From Candidatus Omnitrophota bacterium (GTDB lineage: Bacteria; Omnitrophota; Gorgyraeia; Duberdicusellales; Duberdicusellaceae), in NCBI GenBank assembly GCA_021159015.1, contig JAGGSQ010000048.1, positions 1 through 24,000 of the forward strand: a stretch of 24,000 nucleotides of DNA. The letters are read 5' to 3'. Made by a program: the position numbers and the translations under genes. Below the pieces are notes generated by a model. That model was not told where the DNA came from. It saw nothing but the letters and a program-made list of their open reading frames with translations, and ran no database searches. This document shows positions 7,958 to 15,907 of this stretch, one piece after another (the first letter of the stretch is position 1; every line of letters begins with the position of its first letter).

Positions 7958-8404
7958 CTAGGGAAATTTGGTATTATCGAGGATATTCTTTAAAGCTTCC
8001 TCCTCTAAACCGGGACGAGAAAGGTTCTGGTAAGTCTCTCTAATTCTAAATTCTACCTGTTTCTTATCTAAATTAGAATAATTCCTATCTTGAGCTACTA
8101 AGTCATTATAAAGAATATCCAAATTGTCTATAACCAACTTTACTGTCTGACGCGCTAACTTAATGCTTTCAGAAACATACGGTTTTATTTTTTTCTTGGC
8201 TTCGCTGCGGCTTAAGGCTCCTTTACGATAATTTAATACCACTTCTCTTACCGAAGCGTTTAACTCTTGCTCTCTTTGCTTTATGGAAGCTATTTTTTTT
8301 TCTATTTCTTCTTTCTTAGAATAAGTTGCGGCTAGAACCGCAGGTACGAGAAAAATAGAGGTAAGAAAAATTAGAAGAGAAGCTGCTTCAACGTTTTTTT
8401 TCAT
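7958..8404 (-). CDS. hypothetical exported protein
   Basis: Signal peptide MKKNVEAASLLIFLTSIFLVPAVLAA; the track ORF to 8455 extends up to the tmRNA gene, so start moved to 8404. Confidence 0.65.
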   Translation of the reverse strand: MKKNVEAASLLIFLTSIFLVPAVLAATYSKKEEIEKKIASIKQREQELNASVREVVLNYRKGALSRSEAKKKIKPYVSESIKLARQTVKLVIDNLDILYNDLVAQDRNYSNLDKKQVEFRIRETYQNLSRPGLEEEALKNILDNTKFP

Positions 8405-8455
8405 TACTTTAACTTTTCCTGCTGTAAATCCGAACTTGCTTTTTTGCTTAATCAA

Positions 8456-8844
8456 TGGTGGAGGTGGCGGGATTCGAACCCGCGTCCTCAGAAGAACTTC
8501 CTTGAGATTCTACAGGCTTAGCAGGTTGATTAATCTCAGTCAAAGCAGGCTCAACCAGCAAAACCTTCTTTGACCCAGCCTCTTTGTTTCTTTCTGCTTC
8601 CGAGGCAAAAGCAGAAAAGAGCCTGAAAGTTAACCCCTATCTTCCCTCAGGCAAGAAAGATAAGAGCCCTGCCTTAATTTACCAAGGCAGGAGTTGCCAT
8701 TGCCACAGGAGCTACTCCCATAGGAGCAACAAACCCTGCGTTAAAAATTGGCGCTGCACTTATCTTTTTTGCGGTTTTTTACCAGCTCCGCCACTGGACC
8801 TGCCTCTCAAAGAACCTCATTCTGAGTCGAGTCCAGTCACCCCC
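8456..8844 (-). ncRNA. ssrA: tmRNA (SsrA)
   Basis: 5' GGGGGTGACTGGACTCGACTCAG... and 3' GACGCGGGTTCGAATCCCGCCACCTCCACCA; acceptor pairing including G3-U; tag ORF stop in a hairpin loop. Confidence 0.93.
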
Positions 8845-8855
8845 GCACTTCAAAA

Positions 8856-8884
8856 AGCATAGCACAAACTTATCTTTTTATCAA
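8856..8884 (-). promoter_or_regulatory. sigma70-type promoter of ssrA
   Basis: TTGATA (8879-8884), 17-bp spacer, TATGCT (8856-8861), 11 nt before the tmRNA 5' end. Confidence 0.7.
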
Positions 8885-9000
8885 GTCTCATATATAACAA
8901 CACAGCACTCTTCTCACATCTATCTCACACCTACGAGGTGTGATTTTGGCAATTGGCAATCCGCAACTGCAACCAAATAGGTACGTCCTTATATGTTGCA

Positions 9001-9052
9001 CCAGACGAAGCCTACTACAAAAAGATTCTCGCACAACGGCGTAGTCTGGCGG
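9001..9052 (+). repeat. 52-bp direct repeat, copy 1
   Basis: ccagacgaagcctactacaaaaagattctcgcacaacggcgtagtctggcgg; 48/52 identical to 12962-13013, same orientation. Confidence 0.9.
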
Positions 9053-9413
9053 TGTATAGGGGACGAAGTCCGAGCTTTCCACCTACGCTTAAAATAACTT
9101 CGGCGGATTTCGCTGAATAAATATATCAATAATCTCAATTTATACAGCCGAAGGTGATCGCTAATGCGATAGACTTCGACAGGCTTAGGCTTTTCAGTCT
9201 AAAAAAGAAAAAACCTACTCATCAGGCAGGCGTTTTCGTCATCCTTTCATTCCGCAGTAGCGGAATATCCCTAAGCATCTCACCCATCTAAGGTACACCC
9301 AAGAACACATTTCGTGTGTCCCCATTCTTTCTTCAAAAAGAAAAGTTTACATCTGTACAGCAATGTAAGTAAGTAATCTAGTAAGCAATGATTTAAAGGG
9401 AGAGATTAATTTC

Positions 9414-9599
9414 TTATGCTAATCCGTAATAGTATATTTCTTGACAGGATTCTATTTCTTCTGTTTCTTCTTTTATCCTGGAATAAGGAAGAGAATTTTC
9501 ATCGATTTGGGCGTATTTCCCCTTTTTGGTAAGATATAAAAATCTAACGAATCCCTTCTCTTTTTCGTCTTCTATGGTGTATTTTCTCTTATTTTTCAT
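9414..9599 (-). CDS. small hypothetical protein downstream of SDH-like protease
   Basis: MKNKRKYTIEDEKEKGFVRFLYLTKKGKYAQIDENSLPYSRIKEETEEIESCQEIYYYGLA; GGGGTG upstream; directly follows the protease stop. Confidence 0.55.
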   Translation of the reverse strand: MKNKRKYTIEDEKEKGFVRFLYLTKKGKYAQIDENSLPYSRIKEETEEIESCQEIYYYGLA

Positions 9600-9634
9600 T
9601 ATTTCACCCCTAAATTGTACCATATTCAACAAGA

Positions 9635-10816
9635 TTATACAAGTATCTTTCTTCCAGCCTTTACTTCTAGTTCGTTTTTTATACCATCCAAATTTATCTC
9701 ATAGCCACAATCACATTTAACTTTATTGTCTTTCGGAAAAGGGATACAACCTTTCTTTTTGTAATCTTCATCAATCTTGGAGTTAGGTGTAAATTTCGCA
9801 TATATTTTATAGATTTTCCCACACCTAGGACATTTAATCTTAATTTCTACAACATCGGGAAATTTAGAGGTTTTAGGTATTTTGACTGGGGCACTCATCG
9901 GAACAGCTTGTTTAAGTAATTTATCGTCTCGAGTTGCAAAAATCTTATATGTAGAGCTTGTAGTAAACAACAATCTGCACACTATCTGTATCCTATATAC
10001 GATATCTTTTAACTCGGCATCATCGTCTATTCTTGTTATCTTCAGTTTAATGCTTTCAAGATCCTCTATCTTTATTGACCTCCCATGCGATCGCCACTTT
10101 CCATGATTTATCAATTCACTCACTATCTCTTTTGCTCTTTCCTCCTTCATCTTTTCTGTCACTGGAATTCTCCTTATCTCTGTTTTGTTCCAATTCTTAA
10201 ATTTATACTTTTTCAACCATTCAACCACCAACTCTTCAGCAAACTTGAGCGAATGATAAACTCCCTTTAATTCACCAGGACTTATTTGAGCTACCATAAC
10301 CGCATCAAAGGGATTAAGTTTTCCTTTATCCTCAGCCTCTCTTTGCTTTTCACCTATCCATTCCATATAATCAAAAGCAGATACTGTACTCCGACCGATT
10401 CTCATTTGAGCATCTATTGGCCCTAAACTTCCTGTTTCTGTCATAAGGATTTCATCTCCAGATAAAACCATTATGGTACCAGCGCTTTTTGCTTCGCCTG
10501 AAACTACAAATGATACATCATCAAAATGAGACCTTAAGTAATTTACTATCTCCTCGGCTGCTTCACCGCTACCGCCAGGTGTTTCTAAATAAATATCAAT
10601 TTTGGATAAATTCTCCTTATTGCGCAATATATCCGTAATTATATAATAATCTTCTTGGGAAAGAGCTATATCGGGAATTGGCTTACCAATAGCGCTTGCA
10701 AATACTAATAGAAAGGAATCTCTCTTCTTATTATATTTAGAAATCAAGTATATAAGTTCTTTTTCTAACTCATTAGCACTTAACCTCTTCCTGATATACT
10801 CGGTCATTAGACTCAT
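9635..10816 (-). CDS. SDH/ClpP-crotonase-fold serine protease with C-terminal zinc ribbon
   Basis: IDIYLETPGGSGEAAEEIVNYLR, FVVSGEAKSAGTIMVLSGDEILMTETGSLGPIDAQM; C-terminal CPRCGK...CDCG. Confidence 0.8.
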   Translation of the reverse strand: MSLMTEYIRKRLSANELEKELIYLISKYNKKRDSFLLVFASAIGKPIPDIALSQEDYYIITDILRNKENLSKIDIYLETPGGSGEAAEEIVNYLRSHFDDVSFVVSGEAKSAGTIMVLSGDEILMTETGSLGPIDAQMRIGRSTVSAFDYMEWIGEKQREAEDKGKLNPFDAVMVAQISPGELKGVYHSLKFAEELVVEWLKKYKFKNWNKTEIRRIPVTEKMKEERAKEIVSELINHGKWRSHGRSIKIEDLESIKLKITRIDDDAELKDIVYRIQIVCRLLFTTSSTYKIFATRDDKLLKQAVPMSAPVKIPKTSKFPDVVEIKIKCPRCGKIYKIYAKFTPNSKIDEDYKKKGCIPFPKDNKVKCDCGYEINLDGIKNELEVKAGRKILV

Positions 10817-11411
10817 AAAGTCTCCTCGTAACTAGATATTTTTGACCTGCGCCTTTTATTTATTAACTATCCAACAGAATTATTCTATTCCACTTTCACT
10901 TCTTTTCAACAAAAAATTTGCATCTACCAATCTTTTGTATATACACTAAAGGAGAACATTACAAGGTCATAAATTATCGCAATAATATTTCGATAGGGTT
11001 TATTTGTCGCCATAGATAGTCATGCCTCTCGAGTAAATCTTCTAATTGGCTTCTGAACTCACCTTTTCAGTTAAATATCATTATAAAATAAAGTGTTCTG
11101 ATTTTTTTCCGGCGACAGTGGAATTCTGAGTATTCCCGAAGGGCAAATAAAAATAATTGTTTCTTCCTTTTGAATAAAAAATAACCTTACACATCAAGGC
11201 TCTCCAAAGAAACACTGCGGGGTGTGACAATGCCCGACCCCGTTATGCTATTAGAGTATATTGATCGGCTTTCCTCTATTTTATAAAAAGTTTTCTTGTT
11301 TTGGAAGGACCTTTTTACTCTATCGTGAAAACATTCCGGCAGAAACCAGAAGGATAGCATCTGTAATTGAGGGTTTGAATCGTTGTATAATATGGCTATT
11401 TGGGGACAATT

Positions 11412-11657
11412 TTATCTACTGATAGGAGCATCATTAACATCATAAAGTATACCTACTAATAAAGGAGCTTTGGTATATATGAGTTTGAAAATTTTTGTAT
11501 CATCTTTTATTACCATACCTTTTTTGTGAAACGTTCCTTTTCCTGGACATAAAATTTTATAAAGAACCTTGTGTTTATTAATATTTATAATTTTTATTAT
11601 CTCACTATTGGACCTATCTTGATAATATATATTTTTTCTTTTCCGTGTCCTTGACAA
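11412..11657 (-). CDS. small basic hypothetical protein
   Basis: 81-aa ORF only; no recognised family. Confidence 0.3.
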   Translation of the reverse strand: MSRTRKRKNIYYQDRSNSEIIKIININKHKVLYKILCPGKGTFHKKGMVIKDDTKIFKLIYTKAPLLVGILYDVNDAPISR

Positions 11658-11681
11658 TACTAAAATTCTTTATTAGTTTTA

Positions 11682-11909
11682 TTACCACCCAAATCCTGCG
11701 CCGACAAGGACAGCGGTTTCACGCTTTGATTTGAGGAAGCGTAAAAAAGCTTGGCCATCGCCTTTTAGGATTTTGTGAGAAAGTTCAAGCTCTCCTTTGA
11801 AGTCTTTATTGAGTTCGTTTCTGAGTTTAAAAAATACCCTGTCTTTAGCTGTTAATTTTGCTTTAGCGCCAAAGATAATAGCACGGATTTTTTGTTTTCG
11901 TATTCTATT
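11682..11909 (-). pseudogene. open fragment without a start codon, overlapping the toxin 3' end
   Basis: Minus-strand frame reads NRIRKQKIRAIIFGAKAKLTAKDRVFFKLRNELNKDFKGELELSHKILKGDGQAFLRFLKSKRETAVLVGAGFGW*; no ATG/GTG/TTG available. Confidence 0.25.
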
Positions 11910-12268
11910 TCAAATATTAGGCCTACCCTTTTTTGATTTTCCAGGTGCTGTCGGTAATTTCGAAGGGCGTTATCGGCTTCTATATGTTTTTCGTTGCGGC
12001 CGCGAAAAGCTAAAATCCACACGGTTTTATTCTTATCATCAATGTCATATAAAATTCCACAATCTCCAATTCTTTTACGATATTGTGCAACGTATAAAGC
12101 TACAGGAATAGGCGGTTTAATTTTAGGTTCGCCTTCAGGCCGGGGTTTCTTCTCTAAATCTTCTATGGATTGCGAAACTTTTTCTTGTATATACCGGGGA
12201 GCATTACCGACTTTTTTATCAAACTTCTTTTTTAAAGAGTCCGTTGGAAACCGGATCTTATAATTCAT
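11852..12268 (-). CDS. RelE/ParE-family toxin
   Basis: RFPTDSLKKKFDKKVGNAPRYIQEKVSQSIEDLEKKP...YVAQYRKRIGDCGILYDIDDKNKTVWILAFRGRNEKHIE; overlaps the antitoxin gene by 4 nt. Confidence 0.8.
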   Translation of the reverse strand: MNYKIRFPTDSLKKKFDKKVGNAPRYIQEKVSQSIEDLEKKPRPEGEPKIKPPIPVALYVAQYRKRIGDCGILYDIDDKNKTVWILAFRGRNEKHIEADNALRNYRQHLENQKRVGLIFEIEYENKKSVLLSLALKQN

Positions 12269-12555
12269 TTCTTTGCCTTGTACTTCTCGATTAAATCTGT
12301 AGCAGATATTCCTTTAGCTCCTGCGGCAATTGCTTTTCTACCTTTACGAATCGCTTCTATTGTTTCTGGATCAGAAAGTTCATCAAGCATATCCAAAAGG
12401 TCCAACATCTCTTCATAATTTAACATAACTCTTACTGGTTGTCCATGCTCAGTTACTACTAAAAGCTTATCATCCTTGAGAAACTCAAACAAACGGCTTC
12501 GGAAAGCTCGCGCTCCAACATGTTCAGCTTTCAAAAAATCTAGCATAACACTCAT
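12265..12555 (-). CDS. Phd/YefM-family antitoxin
   Basis: FRSRLFEFLKDDKLLVVTEHGQPVRVMLNYEEMLDLLDMLDELSD immediately upstream of the RelE-like toxin. Confidence 0.8.
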   Translation of the reverse strand: MSVMLDFLKAEHVGARAFRSRLFEFLKDDKLLVVTEHGQPVRVMLNYEEMLDLLDMLDELSDPETIEAIRKGRKAIAAGAKGISATDLIEKYKAKK

Positions 12556-12585
12556 TCTTCACCTCCATTTCTACAATCTGTATTT

Positions 12586-12605
12586 GTGTCCATAATAGTG
12601 GACAC
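12586..12605. promoter_or_regulatory. inverted repeat, candidate TA autoregulatory operator
   Basis: GTGTCCA-taatag-TGGACAC about 30 bp upstream of the antitoxin start. Confidence 0.6.
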
Positions 12606-12839
12606 TTACAATATACCATACTTTCTTTGTGTGCATCAAGCCTTATTCGCAAATTTTGGCATTTTTTAGTATTTTAAGGAATGCAATCGTTTTTAAGCTT
12701 AAATATTCGAAATTCAAGGATAAGAAAAATAAGATTCAAAAAGGAAGAGCTTTTGGATTTTTGTGAGAAGAGTCAATCTTTAAGATCCTTCAGCACTTCG
12801 CGTTGAAGGTTTTAAGACCTCTCGCTCCACTCGAGGTCC

Positions 12840-12870
12840 GTTTCTATTTTTTCCAAGAAAAAATAGAAAC
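12840..12870. terminator. 13-bp perfect hairpin GTTTCTATTTTTT-ccaag-AAAAAATAGAAAC
   Basis: Perfect inverted repeat in noncoding DNA with a 5-nt loop. Confidence 0.45.
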
Positions 12871-12882
12871 GGAGAGGCAGGG
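12868..12882 (-). repeat. 15-bp exact copy of the tRNA-Ser 3' end
   Basis: aacggagaggcaggg, identical to 13125-13139. Confidence 0.75.
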
Positions 12883-12961
12883 CCAGCCTACGCTAAAGCT
12901 ACGGCTGGTAAACCATTCCTGTGCTGAAGCTACGAAAGGTAAAATTTAAACTTGGCGCAAG

Positions 12962-13013
12962 CCAGACGAAGCCTACTACAAAGAGATTCTTACACAATGG
13001 CGTAGTCTGGCGG
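12962..13013 (+). repeat. 52-bp direct repeat, copy 2
   Basis: ccagacgaagcctactacaaagagattcttacacaatggcgtagtctggcgg; four mismatches to copy 1, all transitions. Confidence 0.9.
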
Positions 13014-13029
13014 AGAGGGAGGGATTCGA
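13008..13029 (-). repeat. truncated tRNA-Ser-like 3' end with encoded CCA
   Basis: cggagagggagggattcga (13011-13029) matches 18/19 of 13127-13145 and is followed on the minus strand by CCA (tgg at 13008-13010). Confidence 0.65.
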
Positions 13030-13126
13030 CACCGCTATCGCGAAGCGATTTTCAAAAAAAGCGGTGCCGAGAAAGCCGGTGTTCTAATTTAAGGCTGTCT
13101 CCAAAGGAAGATAAGGTATATCAACG

Positions 13127-13215
13127 GAGAGGCAGGGATTCGAACCCTGGGTACAGCCTTTCGACCGTACAACGGTTTAGCAAACCGCCGCCTTCAACCA
13201 CTCGGCCACCTCTCC
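13127..13215 (-). tRNA. tRNA-Ser (GCT), CCA not encoded
   Basis: GGAGAGGTGGCCGAGTGGTTGAAGGCGGCGGTTTGCTAAACCG...long variable arm...CAGGGTTCGAATCCCTGCCTCTCCG. Confidence 0.93.
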
Positions 13216-13436
13216 GAAAAATTACGCAGTAATTTTTGGATTTCGACCCCGCACCAGCGGGGGAGAAATCTTTATAATATCAAAGAACACTGGCTTCTCT
13301 TTTTTACCACAAACAGAAATTTCTGGCAAGCCTGTCTTTCAAAGATGTAAGCCTGGCTCACATCCAAAGAGTCCACAGTTCACAATGCAACATTTTGCTT
13401 ACGAAGCAAAATGTTGCAAAGAGCAAAAGAGGCTTT

Positions 13437-14063
13437 TTATTTTACCGCAGGAACAAATAATTGTCTAAATATATGTTGAAAAAACGATGCACCTTCTTTT
13501 ATACCTGCCTTTACTACCACGGCAAAAGAGAACTTCTCCGAATAAAGCTGCAAATTAAGGCTAAGAAAGAGAAGATTAATAGCAATCACCCAAAAAATAA
13601 GGAAGAGATAATCTACTACTTTCCCTATTTTATCTGTCTTCATAATTTTAGCTACCATAACCAGATGCATAGTAAAGACGAAACCGGAAAGGAAAAAGAA
13701 GAATGGCAAAAGAAAAATTATTTTCAGCCACACTACTAGCAGAAAATATGCTGCCAAAACCACTAATATCCAAAAGGGAATAATGTAGTAGGATACTTTA
13801 AAAACAGGCGCAAATATGCTGAAGACAAACTCTATAAGTTTCTGGCTGCGGCGGTAGAACTTAACCGGCTCATAAATAAAAATATGAAAAAGTAAGTAGA
13901 CTGCTACACCGGCATAAAAAGTTCTAAAGGGGAGAAAAGAGAAACTATTCGTTTCTCTAATAAAAGCCGCCGCCAAAGCCACCAAAAAGGGCAAAAAAAC
14001 AATTACAAATAAAAGCTTGGCTGCCTTAACCCATCTGTTTTGGCTTAATGACTGTAATCCCAT
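13437..14063 (-). CDS. multi-pass membrane protein
   Basis: Several hydrophobic segments; no recognised family. Confidence 0.6.
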   Translation of the reverse strand: MGLQSLSQNRWVKAAKLLFVIVFLPFLVALAAAFIRETNSFSFLPFRTFYAGVAVYLLFHIFIYEPVKFYRRSQKLIEFVFSIFAPVFKVSYYIIPFWILVVLAAYFLLVVWLKIIFLLPFFFFLSGFVFTMHLVMVAKIMKTDKIGKVVDYLFLIFWVIAINLLFLSLNLQLYSEKFSFAVVVKAGIKEGASFFQHIFRQLFVPAVK

Positions 14064-15306
14064 GCATATATGGTTGCAAAACTTCCGGTATTTTTATTTC
14101 TCCCTTTTCCTGCTGGTAATTTTCTAAAATGGCGATTACCAACCGCGCCAGAGCCAGTCCTGAGCCATTTAGCGTATGAACAAAGGAAAGTTTATTGCCA
14201 GAGGTACGGTAGCGAATATTAGCACGGCGGGCCTGAAAATCTTCAAAATTAGAACAACTGGATACCTCCAGCCACCTGTCTACTCCCGGTGCATATACTT
14301 CTAAGTCGTAAGTTTTACTGGAGGCAAAACTCATGTCGCCACTGGCCAAAAGCACTACCCGATAAGGAAGTCCTAGCTGTTTTAATATTTCTTCGGCGTG
14401 AGCGGTAATAATCTCAAGTTCCCCATAGGAGTCTTGTGGCTTTGCAAAACGCACCAGCTCCACTTTATCAAACTGATGCACGCGCAAAAGCCCCTTGGTG
14501 TCTTTTCCGTAACTGCCGGCTTCGCGACGGAAACAGGCACTATAAGCAGTGTAAGCCAGAGGAAGCGACTTCTCTTCCAGAATTTCATCACGGTGAATAT
14601 TGGTAAGCGGAACTTCCGCGGTAGGAATAAGAAAATAATCATCGTCCCTCAGGCGGTACATATCTTCTTCCAGCTTAGGAAGCTGAGCCGTAGCCGTCAT
14701 AGAGGCAACATTAGCCAGAAAAGGCACAAAGGCTTCCTGATAGCCATGTTTCTGAGTATGCAAATCAAGCATGAAATTGATTAAGGCCCGCTCCAAAAGC
14801 GCCCCTTCTCCTTTAAAAAGCGTAAAATGTGAGCCGCAGATTTTTGCCGCCCGTTCAAAATCAAGAATGCCTAATTTCTTCCCTAATTCTATATGGTTAC
14901 GCACCTCAAAAGAAAAAGTACGCCGCGTTCCTGCTTCTCGCACTATCTGATTTTTTTCCTTTCCTCCTCGCGGCACACTGGCATGGGGTAGATTGGGAAT
15001 TTGAAGCAGAAGTTTCTCAAACTCATCCTTAACCGCAACGAACTCCTGCTGCAGCAAAGAAAGCCTTTCTGCCAGCTTCCGGCTTTTTTCTATTTCTTCT
15101 TCTGCGGGCTTATTTTCTTTTTTCAGCCTCCCTACTAAAGAAGCTGCCCTATTCTGTTCAGCTTTAAGAGCCTCTATCTCCTGCAGCATCTTTCTTCTTT
15201 TAGCATCCAAGGTCAAAAAACTGTCTAAATCAAATTTTTCTCTTTTAGCCGCAATAGCTTCTTTTACCAGTTCAGAATTCTGACGAATAAATTTTATATC
15301 CAACAT
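14026..15306 (-). CDS. serS: seryl-tRNA synthetase
   Basis: [96 protein letters not shown]. Confidence 0.97.
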   Translation of the reverse strand: MLDIKFIRQNSELVKEAIAAKREKFDLDSFLTLDAKRRKMLQEIEALKAEQNRAASLVGRLKKENKPAEEEIEKSRKLAERLSLLQQEFVAVKDEFEKLLLQIPNLPHASVPRGGKEKNQIVREAGTRRTFSFEVRNHIELGKKLGILDFERAAKICGSHFTLFKGEGALLERALINFMLDLHTQKHGYQEAFVPFLANVASMTATAQLPKLEEDMYRLRDDDYFLIPTAEVPLTNIHRDEILEEKSLPLAYTAYSACFRREAGSYGKDTKGLLRVHQFDKVELVRFAKPQDSYGELEIITAHAEEILKQLGLPYRVVLLASGDMSFASSKTYDLEVYAPGVDRWLEVSSCSNFEDFQARRANIRYRTSGNKLSFVHTLNGSGLALARLVIAILENYQQEKGEIKIPEVLQPYMHGITVIKPKQMG

Positions 15307-15893
15307 CAGCTCTGCCTTCTTTCAATTGCCAAAAGTAATATTACCAAAGCCAGCCCTAAACGGCGGTCCAATATTCTATTTCTATCCTGAGAAAAATCAA
15401 CATCAAACTTATGCACAAAGAGATTAAACCGCTGGGAAATTCTTCCTAAAGAAACACCTTGAGGATTAACCAGATTATAAGTTTGAGGGATTAGATTCAT
15501 AAACCATCTTCTCACCAAAGCCAAAAATAAACTATCCTCTTCCAGGACGGCAATAAGCTTTTCTTCTCTATCCAGCACCTCCCATTTGTCACGCACCAGC
15601 GACCTCCACCCTTTACGGCGAAGAGTGCCTACTTTTTCTTTCGTTTCTGAGTCAAATACATCATAGGCGGCAGAAAAATCAATAATCTGGCGTGCCTGGA
15701 TATGGAGAACTTCGTGATTCTGGTCTACATCGGCATATACTCTTATGTCTTCCTTAAGCCGGAATAGTTTCTGGCGGCTGTACAAAAGCAGTCGACTTTG
15801 AGGAGGAGGGCTCATAATGCGAAAAGTAGGAACCAAACTGAAAAAAACCCGCGTAGCCAAAAAACGTTCGCGCTCCCTTATTTCCTGCCGCAT
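15306..15893 (-). CDS. LURP-one/scramblase-like beta-barrel domain protein
   Basis: [21 protein letters not shown]...[45 protein letters not shown]... Confidence 0.6.
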   Translation of the reverse strand: MRQEIRERERFLATRVFFSLVPTFRIMSPPPQSRLLLYSRQKLFRLKEDIRVYADVDQNHEVLHIQARQIIDFSAAYDVFDSETKEKVGTLRRKGWRSLVRDKWEVLDREEKLIAVLEEDSLFLALVRRWFMNLIPQTYNLVNPQGVSLGRISQRFNLFVHKFDVDFSQDRNRILDRRLGLALVILLLAIERRQS

Positions 15894-15907
15894 AACTTAC
15901 CTCCTCC

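Noticed and set aside
8584-8862. 92-aa plus-strand ORF
   Set aside because: Antisense to the tmRNA gene; no independent coding evidence.
8888-9082. 64-aa minus-strand ORF
   Set aside because: Spans the repeat and hairpin region upstream of the tmRNA promoter; composition not protein-like.
12921-13232. 103-aa plus-strand ORF containing QRRGRDSNPGYSLS
   Set aside because: It is the antisense translation of tRNA-Ser and its partial copies.
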